DNA of 64,000 nucleotides from Acidobacteriota bacterium (GCA_046726375.1 JBKPAJ010000045.1:52-64051), one strand, 5' to 3'. Positions 1 to 9,877 are shown, numbered from the stretch's first letter. A program made the numbers and translations. The notes: a model not told the origin generated them from the sequence alone.

Positions 1-163
1 TCCACCACGCAGGTTCACGGACGTTCCTCACGAACGGTCACGAAGGTTGACGATCCACGGCAGCGAGCCACCGTGAACTCGCGTGACGAAGCTACGTCGG
101 CGAACCTCCGTGAACGCCCGTGCGGAACCGACGCAAGGAACCCATGTTAGGAACCTCGGGAGC

Positions 164-1594
164 CTACGTCGTCTTCGGCAGTTCGAATCCCTTGCGGTAC
201 TCACGCGTGAGCAACGCGTTGGCTTTCTTGTCGTTCTCGAACGTTTCGGACTTTCCGTCGAACACGAGGCTGTGGCCAACGCGATACGCGATGTTGGCAA
301 GCTGCGACAACGAGGCGGAGATGTGGCCGCTGAGGATGTCGCTGTTGAGCAGTTTCGGATCGCCGGCGCGAATCGCGTCGACGAAGTTCTGATAGTGCGG
401 CGTCTCGGTGCTCGTCAGCACGAGCGGATCGCTGCCCCCGCTTTCGCGCGCCGGCACGTCCTCGCCCGGGCCCGGTTCGTTTTTCGGACCCAGGTAGGAC
501 TGCCACTTGCGGCCGTCGCCATCGATCCACACCCAGCCTTTGGATCCGTAAAACAAGTTGCCAATACGCTGCGTGCCTTCGTCGTTCGTAAACTCGCCGC
601 GCGTGGCGAACTCGAGCACGGTGCCATCGGCATATTCGAACAGCGTCGTGTGCGTGTCGGGCGTCTCCTGCGACGACTCGGGACCGAAGTATCCGCCTGA
701 AGACAGGATCTTCACCGGATGCTCGTTCTTGTTCAGTCCCCAGCGTGCGACATCGAACTGATGCGGCCCCTGGTTGCCGGTGTCGCCGTCGCCGTAATCC
801 CAATGCCAGTGCCAGTTATAGTGGAAGCGATTGCGATTGAACGGTCGCTTCGGCGCCGGTCCGAGCCACAGGTCGTAATCGACTTTCGAGAGGTACTGCT
901 CGTCGTAGGTTGGCTCGTAGTTCGTGGAGCCAACAGTCAGCGCGTACGTTTCACCGGGCGCCATCGGGCCGTCCGGGTATTTGCCGATCGGCGGCCGCGG
1001 CTTGAAGCACAAGCCGCGCGCCATGTAGACCTTGCCGATGCCGCCTTCGTGCAGGAACTTGATCGCGTTCTTCACGACCGCGCGGCTGCGGTTCATCGTC
1101 CCGACCTGCACGATCTTTTTGTAGCGCGCCGCGGCGACCACCATCTGCCGGCCTTCCCAGACCGTGTGCGAGGCCGGCTTCTCCACGAACACGTGCTTGC
1201 CCGCCTGCAGGCCCCAGATCGTGGCGAGCGCGTGCCAGTGATTCGGCGCCGCAATCACAATCGCGTCGATGTCCTTGTCGTCGAGCACGCGCCGGAGGTC
1301 CTGGACGAAGTTGGGCTTGAACGTGCTGACATCGGCGAGGCGCGCATCGTTGATTCTCTCGGGCGCGAGGTTGGCGTCGATGTCGCAGAGCGTTTTGACC
1401 TCGACGTTTTGAAGCCGGGCAAAGCCGCGTTTGAGCGCGTTGCCCTGGCCCCGAATGCCGATGCTGGCGACGACGACCCGATCGTTGGCGCCAAGGATGC
1501 GGCCACCGATCATCACACCGGCTGCAGCAGCTCCGACCGTCTTGCCGAAGTCGCGACGCGTCACCCCCAACGGATCAGTTCGATCGCTCACCAC
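164..1594 (-). CDS. Gfo/Idh/MocA-family NAD(P)-dependent oxidoreductase, Tat-exported
   Basis: 476-aa ORF. The N-terminus VTRRDFGKTVGAAAAGVMIGG is a twin-arginine signal. It has the Rossmann stretch VASIGIRGQG and the family-typical VFVEKP motif. A GTG start is preceded by a GAGGAGGG RBS. Confidence 0.8.
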   Translation of the reverse strand: MVSDRTDPLGVTRRDFGKTVGAAAAGVMIGGRILGANDRVVVASIGIRGQGNALKRGFARLQNVEVKTLCDIDANLAPERINDARLADVSTFKPNFVQDLRRVLDDKDIDAIVIAAPNHWHALATIWGLQAGKHVFVEKPASHTVWEGRQMVVAAARYKKIVQVGTMNRSRAVVKNAIKFLHEGGIGKVYMARGLCFKPRPPIGKYPDGPMAPGETYALTVGSTNYEPTYDEQYLSKVDYDLWLGPAPKRPFNRNRFHYNWHWHWDYGDGDTGNQGPHQFDVARWGLNKNEHPVKILSSGGYFGPESSQETPDTHTTLFEYADGTVLEFATRGEFTNDEGTQRIGNLFYGSKGWVWIDGDGRKWQSYLGPKNEPGPGEDVPARESGGSDPLVLTSTETPHYQNFVDAIRAGDPKLLNSDILSGHISASLSQLANIAYRVGHSLVFDGKSETFENDKKANALLTREYRKGFELPKTT

Positions 1595-1716
1595 GGTGCC
1601 CTCCTCTTTTCACGGATTGTGACCGATTCCCGACGCTCGCGCCAGCATTGCCGTTACTGTTTCGCGTGCAGGCGCATGGGCAAAGGCGTAGGATTGGCGC
1701 GAACAGGAGACCCCAA

Positions 1717-2562
1717 GTGCGTACTCACGTTTCTCGCCGCGCTTTTGTCGGTACCGGCGCCGCGGCTGCCGCGTGGATGCTGGTCGGCCGATCCGGCTCA
1801 GCCGCCGCCGTTGGCGCTCCGCACACCGCCTTGAAGCTTGGCCTCGCATCCTACTCGGCCCGCGAGTTTCCGCTCGATCGCGCACTCGAGTGGGCCAAGC
1901 AGATGGGCGTCACCCACATGACGTTCAAAGACGTCCACATCCCGCGCACCGATCCGCCCGAAACCACGCGTGCACTGGCGGCGAAGATTCGCGCCGCGGG
2001 CGTCACGGTGATGGGCGGCGGCACCATCAACCTTGCCAACGACCCGGCGCAGATCAAGAAGGACTTCGAATACGCGAAAAATGCCGGCTTCCCGTTGATC
2101 TACGTGTCGCCCGATCCTGCCGCGCTCGACACCATCGAGCAGATGGCGAAAGAGTACGACATCAGAGTGGCGATTCACAATCACGGCCCGGAGGACAAGT
2201 GGTGGCCGCGACCGCAGGATGCGTACGCGGCCGTGAAGGCGCGCGACAAGCGTCTCGGTTTGTGCATTGACGTGGGTCACACGCTGCGCACCGGCACCGA
2301 TCCCGCGCGCGCGTGCCGCGAGTGCCGCGATCGTCTCTACGACATGCACGTGAAAGATCTGAAAGTGAAGACCGACAAAGACAGTCAGGTGGCCGTCGGC
2401 CGCGGCGTCATCGACTTCCCCGGTCTGTTCCGAACTTTGCTCGACATCGGCTATCAGGGGCAGGTCGGACTCGAGTACGAGATCAACGCCAACGATCCAC
2501 TGCCCGGGATGATCGAGTCGATGGCGTATATGCGAGGAGTGTTGGCCGCGATCACCACGTGA
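1717..2562 (+). CDS. Sugar phosphate isomerase/epimerase (xylose isomerase-like TIM barrel), Tat-exported
   Basis: Tat motif SRRAFVGTGAAAAAW. Family-like stretches are RVAIHNHGPED and LGLCIDVGH. I chose the GTG at 1717 (AGGAGA RBS 6 nt upstream) over the longer 1648 ORF start. Confidence 0.75.
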   Translation: MRTHVSRRAFVGTGAAAAAWMLVGRSGSAAAVGAPHTALKLGLASYSAREFPLDRALEWAKQMGVTHMTFKDVHIPRTDPPETTRALAAKIRAAGVTVMGGGTINLANDPAQIKKDFEYAKNAGFPLIYVSPDPAALDTIEQMAKEYDIRVAIHNHGPEDKWWPRPQDAYAAVKARDKRLGLCIDVGHTLRTGTDPARACRECRDRLYDMHVKDLKVKTDKDSQVAVGRGVIDFPGLFRTLLDIGYQGQVGLEYEINANDPLPGMIESMAYMRGVLAAITT

Positions 2563-2607
2563 AACACGCCGGCATTCACTGCACGGGTCTTGAATTCGGC
2601 AGCGTTC

Positions 2608-2678
2608 GGCTTTCAGCCATCAGCTGTCAGCTCGCGGCAGGAGAACGAGCCGAAAGCTGACAGCCGATAGCCGAAAGC
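2608..2678. repeat. Imperfect 24-bp inverted repeat (long hairpin, REP-like) between the isomerase gene and the TonB receptor gene
   Basis: gctttcagccatcagctgtcagct (2608-2631) pairs with agctgacagccgatagccgaaagc (2655-2678) with 3 mismatches. The loop is 23 nt. Confidence 0.55.
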
Positions 2679-2724
2679 TTGACCGACACAAAGTGAACCA
2701 AGGTCGATAACTGGGAGGGTGGGC

Positions 2725-5700
2725 ATGGTGTCGTTGACTTCTCGTCCGTCCGGCGTGCTCGTCGTTATCTTCGCAGTGTTCATCGCACTCGCCCCACATC
2801 ACGCAAGTGCGCAAGCCGTTTCCGGCACACTCCTTGGCAGCGTGACCGACTCGGCCGGTCTGCCAATTCCGGGCGCTGTCGTCACCATCACCGAGGTCAA
2901 TACCAACATCAAATCGAGCACGACCGCCAATGAGAACGGCAATTACGTGTTCTCGAGCCTGCGGAACGGGTCGTACCGAGTCGAAGCCGAGCTCTCCGGA
3001 TTCAAGAAGGCGGTGCGTGACGGCGTCGAGGTGCAAGTCAACGCGACGATGCGGGCGGACCTCAAGCTCGAAGTCGGGACGGTCGAAGAGTCCATCACCG
3101 TGGTGGGCGCGAGCCCGCTGCTGCAAACCGATCGCGCCGACACCGGCCGGATCATCGAAAGCACGCTGCTGCAGGAAGTGCCGCTGGCGTGGAACCGCAA
3201 CTTCCAGGGTGCGCTCGTGACGGTGCCGGGCACCACGCGCCCGCACCGCGTGCACTCCGAGTTCTTCAACGCGCAGGACAGCCTGTCGACCGAAGTGAAC
3301 GGCCAGTCGCGGCTCGCCAACAACGTGGTCCTCGAAGGCATCGACAACAACCATAAAACCGGGTTGCTGACCGTGCTCATCCCGTCGGCGGAAGCCATTG
3401 AAACCGTGAGCGTGACGACCAGCAACTACGACGCCGAATTTGGCCGCGCAGGTGGCGCGGTGACTGCTGTGACGTTGAAGTCGGGCACGAACGACTTCAA
3501 AGGCAGCGGATTTGTTGGCGGGTACACGGATGCCACGGTCGCCAGCAACTTCTTCAGCCATACAAAGGCACCGACCAAGGTGGTCGGTTCCGGCTTCACA
3601 CTGGGCGGTCCGATTCAACGGGACAAGATCTTCTTTTTTGGCGATTATCAGCGCGCCATCGACAACGCCGGGCGCATCCAGCGCTCCATCATTCCACCTA
3701 TGGAATTCCGGCGCGGCGATTTCAGCCGTGCGGCCACTGTCGTCTACAACCCGCTCACCGGCAACCCCGACGGCACGGGACGCCAGCCGTTCGCCGGCAA
3801 CGTGATCCCGGACTCGATGATCAGTCCGATCGCGCGGCAGTTGCTCGCGCTGATTCCAGAACCGACCATCCCGGGCGCCGCGCTCGGCCAGATCAACTTC
3901 GAGCAGGCCTATCAGCGCAGGAAAACAACGGACGCGTACGACATCAAGATCAATCACCAGATGTCAGAGCGCAACGCGTTGTCGGCGCGGTTCAGTTACC
4001 AGCGGCCCGAGATCACCGATCCCGGTATTTACGGCGTCTACGGCGGCGGCGGAAAAGAGTTCGCGGGCGTCGGCACCAACCTGACGATCAGCACCGGCGC
4101 GACGTTCACCCGCACCTGGAGCAACACCCTCGTTCAGGAGATCCGCGGCGGCCTTGCCTATTACCACAACGAAGCGTTGACGGACGCGGCGGGACTGAAG
4201 ACGTCGGATGAAGTGGGCATCCGAGGCGTCAACATCAACGATTTTTCTGACGGTCTCACAAGCATTTTCATCGGCGGAACAACGGGCGGACAGGGATTGT
4301 ATACGGCGCCCGTGCTCGGTTTCGCTGCCAGCCTCCCGTGGGACCGATCGGAGCGCACGGTCGAATTCTCCACAACGGTTACGAAAATCACTGGCAACCA
4401 CACGGTGAAATTCGGCGGCAACCTGCGACACAACCGCGACTTCCTGCTGCAGGTTCAGGATCGCCTGGGTCCGCGCGGCGGGTTCGAGTTCAACGGCGCG
4501 CAAACCGCGATCCCGTCCGATAACGCCGCGGTCAACGGCTTCGCCAACGCCTTTGCCAGCTTCCTGCTCGACGTGCCAAGCCGCGTCGGCCGCGACTTGA
4601 CTGTCATCGATCCAGGCACACGCCACTGGGCGGTGTTCAGCTTTGTGCAGGACAAGTGGCAACTGACACCACAAATCACCATCGACCTCGGCCTGCGCCA
4701 TGAGTACTACACGCCGCTCGTTGGTCTCGAGAGTCAGGGCGGTTTGGCGAACTACGATCCGGTGACCAACGCACTGCTGGTGTCCGGCTACGGTGACGTG
4801 CCCACCGATCTCGGGGTCAAGAAATATTGGAAAAACTTCGTGCCGCGCGTGGGGCTTTCGTATCGCCTTACCGAGACGTCGGTCGTCCGTGCCGGGTACG
4901 GCATCAGCACGATCCCGTTCCCGGACAATAGCTACGCGTTCAACTTCCCCGTCAAACAGAACAACGATTTCAACGCGCCCAACACGTTCGCCTTCGCGCC
5001 GGTGCGGATGGCCGACGGCTTTCCCGCGCCCATCGTCGCCGAAATCCCTGCGAACGGGATCATTCCGGCGGACACCGCCCTGCTCAGAAATCAACGCTAC
5101 TTCGCGATTCCCGCCAACCTGCACGAAGGACGGCTGCAGTCGTGGAACGTCGCCTATCAGCGGCAATTGCCCGGCGGATTCACCGCCGAAGCCGCCTACG
5201 TCGGCAATCGCGGCAACGTCGTGAACACGATCAACCTCAACGCCGGCATGGTTGTGGGGGCAGACAACGCGGGCCGGCCGCAATTCGCGCCGTTCAATCG
5301 CACAGCCGAAACCACGGGCTGGATGCGATCGAACACGACCTACCACTCGCTGCAGACCAAGTTCGACAAGCGTTTCTCGCGCGGCTTCCTGCTCACCACG
5401 TCGTACACCCTCGGCCGCTCGATCAACTACTGGCAAGGCGACAGCAATGGCGGCATCGTCACACCCGCCGACATCGAACGCAGCCGCGGACGCGCCGAGT
5501 ACGATCGGCTGCACAGCTACGTTCAGAGCTTCGTCTATCAATTACCGGTTGGACCTGAAGGGCGATGGTTGCGGACCGGCCCGGCGAGCTGGATCCTCGG
5601 AGGCTGGCAGCTGTCGGGCATCTTCACCGCACAGTCGGGACTGCCCATCAATTTCACATACAGCGCCGCGACTCTGCGCGCCCCAGGCAACACGCAGCGG

Positions 5701-6048
5701 CCCGATGCGAGCGGTAAACCGAAAGTGCTGGGCGGCATCGGCCCGACGGAGCAGTGGTTCGACACGTCGGTCTTTTCGGCACCGCCGCCCAATACGTTCG
5801 GCAATGTCGGACGAAACGATCTGCTCGACGGGCCCGCTTACGTCAACCTCGACGCGAGCCTGGCCAAGTGGTTCCAGATCAAGGGCGACATCAAGGCCGA
5901 GTTCCGCATCGATGCCTTCAACGCGACCAATCGCCCGCAGTTCAGCAACCCGACGAGCGAGTTTGGCGCTCCGCGTTTTGGCCAGATCACGACGACGCAG
6001 GCGAATACGGAACGCATCATCCGCTTTGGCTTGCGCGTGTTGTTCTAG
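2725..6048 (+). CDS. TonB-dependent outer-membrane receptor with N-terminal carboxypeptidase-regulatory-like domain
   Basis: Signal peptide ending ASAQA. The stretch SGTLLGSVTDSAGLPIPGAVVTITEVNTNIKSSTTANENGNYVFSSLRNGSYRVEAELSGF is a typical CarboxypepD_reg fold. The remainder is a long beta-barrel-like sequence ending in the terminal aromatic RFGLRVLF. The ATG at 2725 follows a GGGAGGG RBS. Confidence 0.85.
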   Translation: MVSLTSRPSGVLVVIFAVFIALAPHHASAQAVSGTLLGSVTDSAGLPIPGAVVTITEVNTNIKSSTTANENGNYVFSSLRNGSYRVEAELSGFKKAVRDGVEVQVNATMRADLKLEVGTVEESITVVGASPLLQTDRADTGRIIESTLLQEVPLAWNRNFQGALVTVPGTTRPHRVHSEFFNAQDSLSTEVNGQSRLANNVVLEGIDNNHKTGLLTVLIPSAEAIETVSVTTSNYDAEFGRAGGAVTAVTLKSGTNDFKGSGFVGGYTDATVASNFFSHTKAPTKVVGSGFTLGGPIQRDKIFFFGDYQRAIDNAGRIQRSIIPPMEFRRGDFSRAATVVYNPLTGNPDGTGRQPFAGNVIPDSMISPIARQLLALIPEPTIPGAALGQINFEQAYQRRKTTDAYDIKINHQMSERNALSARFSYQRPEITDPGIYGVYGGGGKEFAGVGTNLTISTGATFTRTWSNTLVQEIRGGLAYYHNEALTDAAGLKTSDEVGIRGVNINDFSDGLTSIFIGGTTGGQGLYTAPVLGFAASLPWDRSERTVEFSTTVTKITGNHTVKFGGNLRHNRDFLLQVQDRLGPRGGFEFNGAQTAIPSDNAAVNGFANAFASFLLDVPSRVGRDLTVIDPGTRHWAVFSFVQDKWQLTPQITIDLGLRHEYYTPLVGLESQGGLANYDPVTNALLVSGYGDVPTDLGVKKYWKNFVPRVGLSYRLTETSVVRAGYGISTIPFPDNSYAFNFPVKQNNDFNAPNTFAFAPVRMADGFPAPIVAEIPANGIIPADTALLRNQRYFAIPANLHEGRLQSWNVAYQRQLPGGFTAEAAYVGNRGNVVNTINLNAGMVVGADNAGRPQFAPFNRTAETTGWMRSNTTYHSLQTKFDKRFSRGFLLTTSYTLGRSINYWQGDSNGGIVTPADIERSRGRAEYDRLHSYVQSFVYQLPVGPEGRWLRTGPASWILGGWQLSGIFTAQSGLPINFTYSAATLRAPGNTQRPDASGKPKVLGGIGPTEQWFDTSVFSAPPPNTFGNVGRNDLLDGPAYVNLDASLAKWFQIKGDIKAEFRIDAFNATNRPQFSNPTSEFGAPRFGQITTTQANTERIIRFGLRVLF

Positions 6049-6066
6049 AGCGTCGAACGCCGCGCG

Positions 6067-7611
6067 TTAGAGAGTCTTCAGGTACTCGATCAACGCGCGG
6101 CGATTCGCATCCGTCCGGATTCGCGACCAGAAGTCGTGACCGCCGTTTTCTGATCCGACCCGCGTGGTGTCGAACCAGTCGCGGCTCGATCCGAATCGTC
6201 GAAGAAGTTCGGCTTCGGAGAGCTCGGCGTCCTCTTGATTGCCAAAGAGCTGCTGGCCGACGCGCTCGCGATCGAACCGTCGCGCCGCCATCACTTGAAA
6301 GATCCTTGGCCGCTCCGACGCCGGACCGAGCAAGTGATGGAGCGTGGGCACGCTGCCATTGTGCAGGTACGGGTAGTTCGCCCACACGCCGGTGAGCGGT
6401 GTCGCGGCGTAACCCGTACTCTTGACCAGCGCCCCTTCCTTCGCAAGCGGGCTGTCGTCGAACGCCTCGATGAATCGGCGCGAGACAACGTCGAGCCGCG
6501 CGCGATCGGTACCCACATCGGCATGAATGCCCGGCCACACGACGTTGCCGTTGCCGTCGTATCGTCCGTGACACTGCGCGCAGCCGACGCGCATCGAGTA
6601 GAAGAGCTCCTTGCCTTGTTCGGCGAGCTTGTAGTCGATCGCATAGGGATAACGCGGCGGCCGCAGGTGGCGAATCACCGAGTCGAATTCCTGCTTGATC
6701 GTGGGGATCACGTGCTCGACCAGCGCGTCGAACGAGCGATCCTTCTCGAGCTCCATCGACGACGCCATCAACGGGAATTTGCCGTGAAAGCTGCCGTCGG
6801 CATACCAGCGCTGCGCCTGCATCTTGGCCGCGGTGTGCCAGAGCGGCGGGATTTTGACATCGCCGCGGCCAACCTCGGAAACCGCCGGCATCGCGCCGCC
6901 GTGCGGGCGCATGTAAAGTTCGACATGTGAGGCCGCGAACGCGGTGGAGCGCGCGCGGGTGAGGGAATCGATCTTGTCGTGATGGTGACTGCTGAGAATG
7001 CGATTGGCGTCGGCGGCAATCGCCCGCGAAGCAGGATCCCGCGTGACAAGTGGCAGCCACTTCTCGTTGGTCAACGTTTTCAACGACTCGCCCAGCCAGA
7101 GATCATCAAATACCTTCGTGCCTGCACCGAGATAGGCGACGCCGTCGATTTCCGCCATGTGACAAACAAGGCAATTGACGGTCCATTTGAGCGAGCTGCC
7201 GGGTTCCAGGCTGGGCGCCATGCCGAACGCGGGAATCAAGCGGTTCTCCGGCCACAGCACGAGCCCAACCTTGTCGCGCACGATCGTGTCGACGTCGCCG
7301 ACGACAGCCTGCGTCACGAGGTTGCCGTCGAAAACGGATTGCGGAATCCAGGCCGACGTGTCGTACGTCTGGTGCACGAAGGCAAAGAGCGCCGCGTGCC
7401 GTTCGCGCTGCGGGCGGCGATCGTTCGCGTCCCAGCGATACATCAAGTTGCGAATATCCGAGTCGAAGGACTCGAGAAGCGTTTCGCGGCTCACCGGCGG
7501 CGCAGAGGCCGACGCCCACCATCGCGCGGCGCCGTAGAACAGGACCGTTGCCGCCAGCACCGATCCACCGAGCACCCGTAATAAGCGTCCGGTCACCATT
7601 GGTTGCTCCAA
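6067..7611 (-). CDS. Di-haem cytochrome c, cytochrome-c-peroxidase/MauG-like
   Basis: Two CxxCH motifs (CLVCH, CAQCH). A C-terminal PYLHNGSVPTLHHLL stretch resembles the CCP/MauG PYxHDGS..TLE motif. An N-terminal hydrophobic anchor/signal is present. Confidence 0.6.
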   Translation of the reverse strand: MEQPMVTGRLLRVLGGSVLAATVLFYGAARWWASASAPPVSRETLLESFDSDIRNLMYRWDANDRRPQRERHAALFAFVHQTYDTSAWIPQSVFDGNLVTQAVVGDVDTIVRDKVGLVLWPENRLIPAFGMAPSLEPGSSLKWTVNCLVCHMAEIDGVAYLGAGTKVFDDLWLGESLKTLTNEKWLPLVTRDPASRAIAADANRILSSHHHDKIDSLTRARSTAFAASHVELYMRPHGGAMPAVSEVGRGDVKIPPLWHTAAKMQAQRWYADGSFHGKFPLMASSMELEKDRSFDALVEHVIPTIKQEFDSVIRHLRPPRYPYAIDYKLAEQGKELFYSMRVGCAQCHGRYDGNGNVVWPGIHADVGTDRARLDVVSRRFIEAFDDSPLAKEGALVKSTGYAATPLTGVWANYPYLHNGSVPTLHHLLGPASERPRIFQVMAARRFDRERVGQQLFGNQEDAELSEAELLRRFGSSRDWFDTTRVGSENGGHDFWSRIRTDANRRALIEYLKTL

Positions 7612-8571
7612 TCAGTGTTGTGAAGTCGCCAGCAGCTTCAAGGCACGGTCGCGAGCCGCGCGCCACTGGGCTTCTTCTCCAGTGGCCTTCGACCGCGGAT
7701 CTTTTTCGAATCGTGCCAAGCCGTCGTTGAGCTCGCGCACCGCTTCGCCGGCACGGCCGGCACGGAGCGCCGTATGCCCCGCTTCGAGCCAGAACAGCCG
7801 GTTGCGCGGATATCGCCGCTGCAGCTCACGGCTGATGCCGAGCGCCTCGTCGTAGCGCCCTTCGCGGTTCAGCATCAGCATCAAGGTCAGCATCGCGTTG
7901 GTCTGCGCATTGCTCGGATAACGCGCCGCGTTTTCCACCAGCGCCAGCCCCTCGTCGCGCCCGCCCTCAAAGCCGGCAAGGCGGGCCATCAGACGCTTAT
8001 GAAATGGAAGGCTCGCGATGGTGTAGCGATACAAACCAACAACGAGGCCGGCGTCTTTGCGCGTGGGGTCGAGCACAAGCGTGCGCTTGTGTTCGTTGTA
8101 CGCGCGCCGGCCAGTACCGACGCTGTCCATCACGCGGCCTTCGATGGTGGCGATATAGGAAGTGCGAAGCGCCGCGGCCGCGCCCAGCTGAAAGTGGGCA
8201 TCAGCGTCGTTGGGATGCGCACGTACGCGAGCTTCCGCGAGGGTCAGAGCACGATCGATGTGGTTGGTGAAGGACGTGGCGAGATCCGCCGGTGGCACCT
8301 TTCGCTCGACGCTGGCGCGCGCCTGGCCGAGATACTCTTCCACGGTGATCGCACCCTGGTGAAACAGCATGCGCATCCAGATCGTCGCGGCTGCCAGCCG
8401 GTGCGCCGTGGCGTCATTCGGGTCGGCTGCAATCGCGGCGTCGAATGCCGCGAGCGCCTCGGGATAATCGAGGTTGTAGCCGTACTCGAGGCCGCGGCGA
8501 TGGAGAGCCTCGTTGCTGCCGTTATGGGCGAGGCAGCAGGCGAAAGCAAAAGGGAGAAGAGCGCGTGACAT
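7612..8571 (-). CDS. TPR-repeat protein (exported), directly abutting the di-haem cytochrome gene
   Basis: Degenerate 34-aa TPR-like repeats (e.g. YDEALGISRELQRRYPRNRLFWLEAGHTALRAGRAGEA). The internal ATG at 8571 (MSRALLPFAFACC signal-like) is preferred to the 8820 start. The stop lies immediately next to the start of the 6067-7611 gene. Confidence 0.6.
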   Translation of the reverse strand: MSRALLPFAFACCLAHNGSNEALHRRGLEYGYNLDYPEALAAFDAAIAADPNDATAHRLAAATIWMRMLFHQGAITVEEYLGQARASVERKVPPADLATSFTNHIDRALTLAEARVRAHPNDADAHFQLGAAAALRTSYIATIEGRVMDSVGTGRRAYNEHKRTLVLDPTRKDAGLVVGLYRYTIASLPFHKRLMARLAGFEGGRDEGLALVENAARYPSNAQTNAMLTLMLMLNREGRYDEALGISRELQRRYPRNRLFWLEAGHTALRAGRAGEAVRELNDGLARFEKDPRSKATGEEAQWRAARDRALKLLATSQH

Positions 8572-8642
8572 CGCGTTGTGGGCAGCGTAAAGGGCGCCGC
8601 AGGGCGATGTCCTGACAGAACCATGAGAAAGGCTGATTCCTC

Positions 8643-9686
8643 GTGACCAGAGCGGTACGACTGACCGCCTGCGTGCTGACAGCAACTCTGCTGTGGCCTG
8701 CATGTCAACGACGTCCGCAAGCGCCGTCACCTGCGCTCGTCGAACGAGCCGCCGTGACGATGGGATCGGAGCTGCGGCTCGGGGCGTGGACCGCCGATGA
8801 ACCGGCCGCGGTCGCCGCATTCGCGGCGATCTTTCGTGAATTCGATCGCCTCGAGGCGCTGATGAGCGTCTGGCGGCCCGGGAGTGACGTGCAGCGGATC
8901 AATCAAGCCGCGGGTAAACAGGCGGTGAAGGTCAGCGACGACGTGCGAGCGGTGCTGAAGGAAGCGCGCCAGGCCAGCGAGTGGACCGGCGGGAAGTTCG
9001 ACATCACCGTTGGCGCCTTATCGGATCTTTGGAAGTTCGATCACGATCAGGACAACCGGGTTCCGAACGGCGACGACATTCGCAAACGCTTGGCACTGAT
9101 CGATTACACAGCTGTGGAGGTCGACGATCGTGCAGGCACCGTCTACTTGCCACGCGCAGGTATGCGAGTGCATCTCGGCGGAATCGGCAAAGGCTACGCG
9201 ATCGATCGCGCCGCCGCGCTTCTGCGCGACCGCGGCTTTCGTGATTTCATGATCCGTTCTGGCGGAGATCTCTATGTCGGCGGCCATCACGGCGATCGAC
9301 CGTGGCGCGTCGGCATCCGCGATCCCAGAGGCGCGGCGGATCAGATCGTTGCGTCGCTCGACCTTTCAGACGGAACGTTCAGCACGTCAGGCGACTACGA
9401 ACGGTTCTTCATGGAAGGCGGCCGTCGCTATCATCACATCCTCGATCCCGACCGCGGACTACCCGCGGGCGGCTGCCGCAGCGTGACGATCGTGACCAAC
9501 CGCGCCGTGACGGCTGACGCATTGTCTACCGGCGTGTTTGTTCTCGGCCCGTCAGACGGCATGGCGCTGATCGAGCGTCTGCCAGATGTCGAGGGCGTGA
9601 TCGTTTCGGATCGAAACGAAGTCTTGATCTCTTCGGGACTGAAAACCCGCCTGGCCGTACGTGCGCGCCCAACTGACGCACCGTAA
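8643..9686 (+). CDS. apbE: FAD:protein FMN transferase (ApbE family), lipoprotein-like
   Basis: Signal/lipobox-like LLWPAC. ApbE-typical stretches are FDITVGAL, HLGGIGKGYAIDRA, FSTSGDYERFF, YHHILDP and ADALSTGVFVLG. Confidence 0.85.
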   Translation: MTRAVRLTACVLTATLLWPACQRRPQAPSPALVERAAVTMGSELRLGAWTADEPAAVAAFAAIFREFDRLEALMSVWRPGSDVQRINQAAGKQAVKVSDDVRAVLKEARQASEWTGGKFDITVGALSDLWKFDHDQDNRVPNGDDIRKRLALIDYTAVEVDDRAGTVYLPRAGMRVHLGGIGKGYAIDRAAALLRDRGFRDFMIRSGGDLYVGGHHGDRPWRVGIRDPRGAADQIVASLDLSDGTFSTSGDYERFFMEGGRRYHHILDPDRGLPAGGCRSVTIVTNRAVTADALSTGVFVLGPSDGMALIERLPDVEGVIVSDRNEVLISSGLKTRLAVRARPTDAP

Positions 9687-9699
9687 AGGTCCCATGGTT

Positions 9700-9715
9700 G
9701 CCGGCTTCGGCCGGC
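9700..9715 (+). terminator. Candidate stem-loop after apbE (GCCGGC-UUCG-GCCGGC)
   Basis: Perfect 6-bp GC stem with a UUCG loop, 14 nt after the apbE stop. A T-rich gttcttcgttcttcgttct follows about 20 nt later, so it is not a canonical intrinsic terminator. Confidence 0.3.
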
Positions 9716-9762
9716 GCGTCCTATCGGCGGCGCGCGTTCTTCGTTCTTCGTTCTAAACCCAA

Positions 9763-9877
9763 GCTCACTTCAGTTCGCAGCGCCAACGGCGTTGAACGTT
9801 CGAACAAGGCCACTTTCGGCCCGAATCTTGCGGTCGGCTCCATGCCACGATCATCAACTCAAGTGAATTGAGGGGGG
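9763..9877 (+). repeat. Copy A of a 115-116 nt conserved structured intergenic element (possible ncRNA or miniature repeat)
   Basis: Shares blocks with copies B and C at the same offsets: GCTCRCT at offset 0, GCGCCAAC at offset 17, GCCWCGAT at about offset 75-84, and a 3' end (C)TCAAGTGAATTGAGGGG. The 5' tcacttcagtt pairs with the 3' aactcaagtga. Confidence 0.6.

Noticed and set aside
7612-8820. Longer N-terminal versions of several ORFs in the track (7612-8820, 12004-12825, 12376-13032, 17742-18704, 21087-21764, 32327-33598, 33780-35297, 45472-46602, 46364-47953)
   Set aside because: The extensions are Arg/Pro-rich, overlap neighbouring genes or intergenic repeats, and precede internal starts that have an RBS and a proper signal peptide or family N-terminus.
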